64,000 nt of DNA from an uncultured Chloroflexia bacterium (GTDB lineage: Bacteria; Chloroflexota; Limnocylindria; Limnocylindrales; CSP1-4), in contig CAVPPB010000003.1 of the NCBI GenBank assembly GCA_963707215.1, positions 224,001 to 288,000 on the forward strand, written 5' to 3'. The translations under genes were made by a program, and so were the position numbers. Position 1 is the first letter of the stretch; each line of letters opens with the position of its first letter. Of this stretch, positions 57,899 through 64,000 are shown piece after piece. The notes below the pieces were generated by a model, which was given only the letters and a program-made list of their open reading frames with translations, ran no database searches and was not told the origin of the DNA.

Positions 57899-58312
57899 AT
57901 GGCGAAGCGCACCCGTGGCTCCGTTCGACCCGGCCAGCGTCAGCCCCTGCGGCGGGCTGCCCGCCCGGCGAACGCCGCGTCGACCGCGTCGACCAGCGCC
58001 GCGAGCCCGTCGACCGCTCCCGAGACGGGCCTCACGCCGGCCGACGAGGCTCGAGCTGCCGAGCTCGAAGCGCGGATCGTGGAGGAGGAGCGTGCTGCCA
58101 CGACCGGGTCGAGCCGGCCCCGGGATCGTGGACGCCCGACCGCCGCCGAGGTCCGACCGGGCCGCCGGGGCGGCGCCCTCGCGGTCCGCTACGCCGATGA
58201 ATACGCCTACGTCGCCCGCGATCTCCGCCGGATCGGCGTCGTCTCGGCGCTTCTGCTCGGCATCCTCACGGTCCTGTTCGTTCTGATCCAGGTCGTCGGC
58301 ATCGGGTCCTGA
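57899..58312 (+). CDS. Hypothetical protein with basic/disordered N-terminus and C-terminal TM helix
   Basis: MAKRTRGS...EYAYVARDLRRI followed by a hydrophobic helix. Confidence 0.6.
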   Translation: MAKRTRGSVRPGQRQPLRRAARPANAASTASTSAASPSTAPETGLTPADEARAAELEARIVEEERAATTGSSRPRDRGRPTAAEVRPGRRGGALAVRYADEYAYVARDLRRIGVVSALLLGILTVLFVLIQVVGIGS

Positions 58313-58359
58313 CGGGCCCTCCGTCCGGCGCTTCCTGAGGGCCGCGTAGACTGGCCCAG

Positions 58360-59874
58360 ATGCCCGCCCGTCGCCCCAGCCCGAACCAGGCTCCGCTGTT
58401 CCGACCCCCGCCCGAGCGCCAGCCGCTGGCCGCCCGGATGCGGCCCCGCGACCTCTCGGAGTTCGTCGGCCAGGAGCACCTCGTCGGGGAACACGGGCCG
58501 CTGCGCCGCTCGACCGCCCGGGGCCGCCTCGCGTCGATGCTTCTTTGGGGGCCGCCCGGCACCGGCAAGACGAGCCTGGCCCGCCTCCTCGCCGCCCAGG
58601 TCGGGGCCGACTTCACGACCCTGTCGGCCGTCATGAGCGGGGTGGCCGACGTCCGGTCGGCGATCGCCGAGGCCCAGGAGCGCCTCAGCCTCCAGGGGCA
58701 TCGCTCGGTCCTCTTCATCGACGAGATCCACCGTTTCAACAAGGCCCAGCAGGACGCCCTCCTGCCGCAGGTCGAGGACGGCACGATCACCCTCATCGGC
58801 GCCACGACGGAGAACCCCTACTTCGAGGTGAACTCGGCGCTCCTGTCGCGGCTGCGGGTCTGGCGACTCGAGCCGCTGACCGACGATGAGGTCGCCGTCG
58901 TCGTCCGGCGGGCGCTCGAGGACCCGGAGCGCGGCCTGGCCGGCTCACTGGGACCCGAGGACGGCCATGGTGTCGCGCTGGCCGAGGATGCCTTCGAGCA
59001 CCTCGTCTCGATCGCCGGCGGCGACGCCCGCCAGGGCCTCAACGTGCTGGAGGGCGCGGTCGCCCTGGCCGAGGCGGGCGAGGCGCGCGACGCCGAGGGT
59101 CGGGTCTCGCCGCGGCTCGAGGACGTCGAGGCGGCAGCCCAGCAGCGGGTCCTCGCCTACGACCGCGCCGGCGACGGTCACTTCGACATCGCCTCGGCGT
59201 TCATCAAGAGCCTCCGGGGCAACGACCCCGACGCCGCGGTCTACTGGCTGGCCACGATGATCGCGGCCGGCGAGGACCCCCGCTTCATCGCCCGGCGGCT
59301 CATCATCAGCGCGTCCGAGGACGTGGGCAACGCCGACCCCCGGGCCCTCCAGGTCGCGGTCGCGGCCGCCGCGGCGCTCGACCACGTCGGGCTGCCCGAG
59401 GCCCAGTACGCCCTGGCCCAGGCCGCCACCTACGTCGCGACCGCTCCCAAGTCGAACCGCTCCGGCCTCGCCTACTGGGCGGCCGCGGCCGATGTCGCCG
59501 AGCACGGCTCATTGCCGGTGCCCCTCCACCTGCGCAACGCCGCGGTGCCACAGATGAAGCACCACGGGATGGGCGTCGGCTACCGCTACCCGCACGACTT
59601 CGAGGGCTCCGACGTGGACCAGCAGTACCTGCCCGATGAGCTGGCCGACCGGCGCTACTACCGGCCCGTCGAGCAGGGCTACGAGGCGACGATCGGCTCG
59701 CGCATGGAGGCCCGCCGCAACGCCCGGGAGACGGCGAAGAGCTCTGGTGGCCCGACGCGGCGCAAGGAGCGTGGCCCGGCGGTCGACCCGATGCGGGCGG
59801 CCGGCAAGACCCAACGGACCCGCGAAGCCAACCGCAAGGCCCTCGCCGAGACGGAGAAGAAGGACGCCGAGTGA
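58360..59874 (+). CDS. rarA: Replication-associated recombination protein RarA/MgsA
   Basis: [61 protein letters not shown]. Confidence 0.94.
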   Translation: MPARRPSPNQAPLFRPPPERQPLAARMRPRDLSEFVGQEHLVGEHGPLRRSTARGRLASMLLWGPPGTGKTSLARLLAAQVGADFTTLSAVMSGVADVRSAIAEAQERLSLQGHRSVLFIDEIHRFNKAQQDALLPQVEDGTITLIGATTENPYFEVNSALLSRLRVWRLEPLTDDEVAVVVRRALEDPERGLAGSLGPEDGHGVALAEDAFEHLVSIAGGDARQGLNVLEGAVALAEAGEARDAEGRVSPRLEDVEAAAQQRVLAYDRAGDGHFDIASAFIKSLRGNDPDAAVYWLATMIAAGEDPRFIARRLIISASEDVGNADPRALQVAVAAAAALDHVGLPEAQYALAQAATYVATAPKSNRSGLAYWAAAADVAEHGSLPVPLHLRNAAVPQMKHHGMGVGYRYPHDFEGSDVDQQYLPDELADRRYYRPVEQGYEATIGSRMEARRNARETAKSSGGPTRRKERGPAVDPMRAAGKTQRTREANRKALAETEKKDAE

Positions 59875-59926
59875 CCGGTCGGCCGCCGATCGGTCTGCGG
59901 GATCCCCGGGGTGGTAGGGTCCGCGC

Positions 59927-60439
59927 ATGAGCAGACCGATCCTCGCCGACGCCTTCGGCCACCACGTCTGGGCCACCCTCCGGGTCATCGACGCCTGCCT
60001 CCCGCTCACGCCGGAGCAGCTGGCCAGCCAGGTCCAAGGCACCTACGGCTCCATCCTCGACACGCTGCGTCATCTCGTGGGCGCCGACTGCTCGTACCTC
60101 GAGCTGCTGTCCGGTGGCACGATCACGGCCATCGACGAGGAGGCGATGGACCTGCCGGCGCTCCGGGCGGCGATGGCGGCGAACGGCCCGGTCTGGGCCG
60201 ACGTCGTCGCGGGCGACCTGGACCCCGACGTCGTCGTGGTGCGTCACCGCGACGACGGTTCGGAGAGCCACGCCCCGCTGGGGATCCGGCTCGCCCAGGT
60301 CGTCCACCACGGCACCGACCATCGCAGCCAGGTCTGCACGGCCCTGACGAACCTCGGGATCACCCCGCCCGAGATCGACGCCTGGGACTTCGCCTGGTCC
60401 GAGGACCGGCTGGTCGAGGTGCCGGCGCCCGAGGCCTGA
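59927..60439 (+). CDS. DinB/YfiT-like four-helix-bundle protein
   Basis: GSILDTLRHLV, HGTDHRSQ metal-binding His pattern. Confidence 0.85.
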   Translation: MSRPILADAFGHHVWATLRVIDACLPLTPEQLASQVQGTYGSILDTLRHLVGADCSYLELLSGGTITAIDEEAMDLPALRAAMAANGPVWADVVAGDLDPDVVVVRHRDDGSESHAPLGIRLAQVVHHGTDHRSQVCTALTNLGITPPEIDAWDFAWSEDRLVEVPAPEA

Positions 60440-60466
60440 GCGCTCGACGGCCGAGGCCGTCCGCGC

Positions 60467-61660
60467 TCACCCGGCCCAGGCCACCCGCCAGACCCGCCAG
60501 AGCGCGGCGGGGTCCGACAGCGGGTCGCCGTGGACGAGCAGGAAGTCGGGTGGGCCGCCCTCGCGGATGACACCGGCCTCGGGCTCGCCGAGGACCTCGC
60601 CGCCGCGCCAGGTCGCCGACGCCAGGGCCTCGAACGGCGCCAGCCCGGCGGCGACGAGGCATTCGACCTCCCAGGCCAGCTGGTTGGCCCGCGTCGAGCC
60701 ACCGCCGAAATCGGTCCCGGTCGCGATCGTCACCCCTGCCGCTTGAGCCAGCCGGACGCTGTCGGCCGCCCGCTCCTCGCGGGCCTTGGTCATCGCCCGC
60801 CGATCGGGATGGACGAACCGCTCGATCGTCGTCGTCCGCCCGAAGCTCGCCCACGACCGGAAGATCGCCAGCGTCGACACGAGCGCCGTGCCCTGGAGCG
60901 CCATCCGTTGGGCCAAATCCTCGTCGAGCTCCATCCCGTGCTCGAGCGCATCGGCCCGGGCGCTCACCGCGACCCGCGCGCCGCCCAGGTTCGTCGAGTG
61001 GGCGGTCACCCGGGCGCCGCGGGCGTGGGCCATGGAGACCACGGGCGCGACCTCGTCGACCGACCACGGCGAGACGCCCCGCTCCGGGCCGTCCATGTAC
61101 AGCTTGAGCAGGTCGGCGCCCTCGTCGAGCTGGACCGAGGCGAACGCCAGCAGCTCGTCGGCGGTCTCTGCCTCGACCGACCGTTCGCCGGGCATCGTCC
61201 CGGCCCGGTCCAGCCAGGTCCCGGCGGCCCGGACGTAGGGGATGCCGGCCCTGCCCCGCCAACGATCGCGGAGCCCGAGGCTCAGGGCTCGGACCCGGCC
61301 GTCGACCGGGTCGGCGACCCGCGGCGCCCCGACGTCCCGGGCCCAGCGGACGCCGGCCGAGGTCATGAGCCGGGCGTTGTGCTCGGCGACCTCGAGGAGC
61401 CGCTCCACCGGGTCGTCGATCCGCTCGATCCAGTGGGCGCCGCCGGGCAGGGTCAGGTGGCTGTGGCAGTCCACCATCCCGGGCACGATCGTCGTCCCGC
61501 TGGCATCGACGACCTCGGCGCCGGCAGGGACCTCGCCCTCGTCGTCGCTCGGCCGGATCCAGGCGATCGATCCGTCGCGGACCAGGATGCTGACGCCGAT
61601 CCGAAGCGCCTCGGAGCGGCCGTCGGCGAGCGCGCCGTCGCGGTACAGGGTGGCGGTCAC
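60467..61660 (-). CDS. Metal-dependent amidohydrolase
   Basis: PGMVDCHSH, LLK, TAH, LEHG, GTDFG, DFLLVHGDPL. Confidence 0.87.
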   Translation of the reverse strand: MTATLYRDGALADGRSEALRIGVSILVRDGSIAWIRPSDDEGEVPAGAEVVDASGTTIVPGMVDCHSHLTLPGGAHWIERIDDPVERLLEVAEHNARLMTSAGVRWARDVGAPRVADPVDGRVRALSLGLRDRWRGRAGIPYVRAAGTWLDRAGTMPGERSVEAETADELLAFASVQLDEGADLLKLYMDGPERGVSPWSVDEVAPVVSMAHARGARVTAHSTNLGGARVAVSARADALEHGMELDEDLAQRMALQGTALVSTLAIFRSWASFGRTTTIERFVHPDRRAMTKAREERAADSVRLAQAAGVTIATGTDFGGGSTRANQLAWEVECLVAAGLAPFEALASATWRGGEVLGEPEAGVIREGGPPDFLLVHGDPLSDPAALWRVWRVAWAG

Positions 61661-61667
61661 GACGCCC

Positions 61668-62570
61668 TCAGTAGACCTGGGGGATGAAGGTCTGGTCGGT
61701 CATCGGCGGGCGGACGTAGCCGCGGTCCGATTGGCGCTCGGGGAGCACGATCTCGTCCGGCGTCAGGTCCTCGAAGGGGATGAGGCCGAGCAGGTGGGCG
61801 ATGACGTTGAGGCGGGCCCGTCGCTTGTCGTCCGACGGGACCACGTACCAGGGAGCCTGGCGGATGTCCGTGTGGGCGAACATCTCGTCCTTGGCCTTCG
61901 AGTAGTCGACCCAGCGCGAGCGCGAGGCCAGGTCCATCGGCGACAGCTTCCAGCGCTTGGTCCGGTCGGTGATGCGCTGCTGAAACCGGCGCTCCTGCTC
62001 CTCGTCGGAGACGCTGAACCAGTACTTGACGAGGATGATCCCGCTCCGCACGAGCATCCGCTCGAACTCCGGGCACGAGCGCAGGAACTCCTGGTACTCG
62101 TCCTCGGTGCAGAAGCCCATGACCCGCTCGACGCCGGCCCGGTTGTACCAGCTGCGGTCGAAGATGACGAACTCACCGCCCGCCGGCAGGTGGGCCACGT
62201 AGCGCTGGAAGTACCACTGGGTGCGCTCCCGCTCGGTGGGAGCAGGCAGGGCGACCGTCCTCGCGTAGCGCGGGTTCATCGGCTCGAGGATCCGCTTGAT
62301 CGAGCCTCCCTTGCCGGCCGCGTCACGCCCCTCGGCGACCACGACGACCTTCAGCCCCTCCTGGCGGATCCACTCCTGCCACTTGACCAGCTCCACGTGG
62401 AGCTTGGCCAGCTCGGACTCGTACGTCTTGCGGTCGAGCCGCTCGCGCGGCGGCTGCGGGACGCCCGGCTCGGCCGTGCCGCCGCGCATCGCCGTGGCCG
62501 GGATCCGCAGCTTCGAGCGCTCCGGCCCCTGGTTCCATCCCCTGCGAGGTTCGCTGGTTTTGGGCATCAT
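61668..62570 (-). CDS. ppk2: Polyphosphate kinase 2
   Basis: EGRDAAGKGG, QWYFQRY, FDRSWYNRAGVERVMGF, WKLSPMD. Confidence 0.94.
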   Translation of the reverse strand: MMPKTSEPRRGWNQGPERSKLRIPATAMRGGTAEPGVPQPPRERLDRKTYESELAKLHVELVKWQEWIRQEGLKVVVVAEGRDAAGKGGSIKRILEPMNPRYARTVALPAPTERERTQWYFQRYVAHLPAGGEFVIFDRSWYNRAGVERVMGFCTEDEYQEFLRSCPEFERMLVRSGIILVKYWFSVSDEEQERRFQQRITDRTKRWKLSPMDLASRSRWVDYSKAKDEMFAHTDIRQAPWYVVPSDDKRRARLNVIAHLLGLIPFEDLTPDEIVLPERQSDRGYVRPPMTDQTFIPQVY

Positions 62571-62701
62571 CGTCCTCCTCGACCCGTCCGGACTCTACCC
62601 CCGCCGGGTTCTGGCCGTATCACCCGTCCGGCGCCGGGCGGTGGGCCCTTCGGCCCGTCCGTCCCCTCTCGCACCGCCGGCCCGACCACACGGAGCTGCT
62701 G

Positions 62702-63160
62702 ATGACCTCCCGATCCAGATCCATGCGCCTCGCCGCCGCCGCGTCGCTGCTCGCCGTGGCGCTCGCCGCCTGCGGCACGGGCACGGCCTCACCCGCGACC
62801 GCCGGTTCGGACGCCTCCGCGCCAGCTTCGGGTGCCCCCGCCACGCTGCCCCTTGAAGTCAACGTGGCCACGGCCGCCTCGCTCCGTGACGCCGGCGCCT
62901 TCATGCTCGACGTCCGTGAGCCCGACGAGTGGGCCGCCGGCCACATCCCCGGCGCGACGCTCATCCCGCTCGGCCAGCTGGCGTCGCGCGTCGCCGAGGT
63001 CCCCGCCGATCGCGACGTCGTCGTCGTCTGCCGGTCCGGCAACCGGTCGGCCTCGGGCCGCGACATCCTGCTCGATGCGGGGCTCGCGAGCGTCACCAGC
63101 ATGGGCGGCGGCATGAACGACTGGGCCGCCGCCGGGCTACCGACCGAGACCGGCTCCTAG
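62702..63160 (+). CDS. Rhodanese-domain lipoprotein
   Basis: Lipobox LAAC; LDVREPDEW, GHIPGA, CRSGNRS, GGMNDW. Confidence 0.88.
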   Translation: MTSRSRSMRLAAAASLLAVALAACGTGTASPATAGSDASAPASGAPATLPLEVNVATAASLRDAGAFMLDVREPDEWAAGHIPGATLIPLGQLASRVAEVPADRDVVVVCRSGNRSASGRDILLDAGLASVTSMGGGMNDWAAAGLPTETGS

Positions 63161-63200
63161 GCCGAGGAGGCCTCCCTGGCCCATCCGCCACGCCTGCCGG

Positions 63201-63614
63201 TCACGGCTCGAGGTCGAACGCCCGCTCGCCCTTCGGGCGGAGCACCGCCAGCGGCCTTCGGTCGAAGGTCCCGATGCGACGCACGCCGAGACGTTCCGCC
63301 GTCGCCACGAGGACCGCGTCGGCCAGCCTCGTCCGCTGGTCCGCCGCCCCGGCCATCAGCTCGGTCGCCCGCACGAGATCGGCCGCGGTCGGCGCGGCAA
63401 GGCCGACCGACCCGTCGGCGATCGCATCGATGAGCGCCGCGACGGCCGTCGGGCCGAGTCCCCGCTGGAGGAGGTGGTCGGCATCGACCAGGGTCAGGGT
63501 GCCGACGAGCAGCGGCTCGTCGACCCGCCCCAGCCAGGCCACCGCGGCCCGGTGATTGAGGTCCGACACGTCGGCGGCAGCCACGATCAGGCTGGCATCC
63601 AGGAGGGCCGTCAT
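63201..63614 (-). CDS. vapC: PIN-domain (VapC-like) toxin
   Basis: LLDAS, LADAVLVA, TFDRR; ATGA overlap with the upstream antitoxin. Confidence 0.8.
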   Translation of the reverse strand: MTALLDASLIVAAADVSDLNHRAAVAWLGRVDEPLLVGTLTLVDADHLLQRGLGPTAVAALIDAIADGSVGLAAPTAADLVRATELMAGAADQRTRLADAVLVATAERLGVRRIGTFDRRPLAVLRPKGERAFDLEP

Positions 63615-63865
63615 CCGGGCCTGTCCGGGCGCCGACCGGCCTCGCGGCGGATGATCGATCGGCCATCGAGCGACAGGCGGCCGTGGCCGCTCTGGCCCAC
63701 CGCGACGAACGGCAGGGCCGGCGCCTCGGCCTCCGACTCGGCCAGATAGGCCTCCAGAGCGGCCGTGATGACGGCCGTCTTGGTCCGCCGCGTCCGTCGT
63801 GCCAGGCGATCGACGCGGTCCAGGAGATCCGGGTCGGCGAGGATCGTCGTCCGCCGATGAGTCAT
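63611..63865 (-). CDS. Ribbon-helix-helix (CopG-like) antitoxin
   Basis: RTTI beta strand, LDRVDRLARR, TKTAVITAALEAYL; directly upstream of the PIN gene. Confidence 0.78.
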   Translation of the reverse strand: MTHRRTTILADPDLLDRVDRLARRTRRTKTAVITAALEAYLAESEAEAPALPFVAVGQSGHGRLSLDGRSIIRREAGRRPDRPG

Positions 63866-63883
63866 ATGCGGTCATATATACCA
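63861..63883 (-). promoter_or_regulatory. TA promoter (TG-extended -10) with GTCATAT direct repeats, putative antitoxin operator
   Basis: Minus strand TGGTATATATGACCGCATATGAC; GTCATAT at 63861 and 63871, spaced 10 bp. Confidence 0.55.
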
Positions 63884-64000
63884 CGCTGGCCGGGGAGACC
63901 CGCCCTCCCGTACCATCGGGCCGCCGGCGTGGTCACCCGACCGCCCATCCCCGAGCCGGCACCAGCAGCAACGTCGGAGATCGCCGTGCAGCGTTTCGAG

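Noticed and set aside
59927-60439. DinB as DNA polymerase IV
   Set aside because: 170 aa with the His pattern of the DinB/YfiT helical family and no Y-family polymerase motifs.

Overview
Very GC-rich (roughly 70% or more by eye), gene-dense bacterial chromosomal segment. Gene content and style (TrpB2, FtsH, REC-CpaE fusions, an AGAAC-N4-GTTCT box, many leaderless genes) suggest Chloroflexota or a similar high-GC monoderm lineage; this is inference only. About 56 genes and one tRNA(CAT). Main blocks: comM-dprA competence genes with a REC-CpaE/MinD gene; a trpB2-Zn ribbon-tyrA-NUDIX-nfeD-SPFH-hydrolase run; ppa-thpR; a stand-alone DnaB-C-like ATPase; ftsH; a xylose island (ROK regulator, xylFHG-type ABC transporter, xylAB, epimerase, oxidoreductases) that also holds a vanadium haloperoxidase/CRTAC1 pair and an M24-like protein; HAD-OtsB plus GH65 trehalose genes; mrfAB with a putative LexA box; a second REC-CpaE gene heading murI-zincin-dehydrogenase-ychF; an agmatinase-family gene; a single-chain UvrD/Fe-S nuclease; rarA; ppk2; and an RHH-PIN toxin-antitoxin pair. 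No CRISPR array, rRNA, integrase or transposase was seen. At least six reading-frame breaks look like assembly indels. Best leads: an Arg-repeat Zn-ribbon microprotein, two orphan REC-CpaE pseudo-ATPases, the headless DnaB-like protein, a 14-bp repeat forming a chain of GTGA-coupled mini-ORFs, and a candidate ROK operator GTTTGT-N11-ACAAAC. All assignments come from motif recognition by eye, with no database searches.
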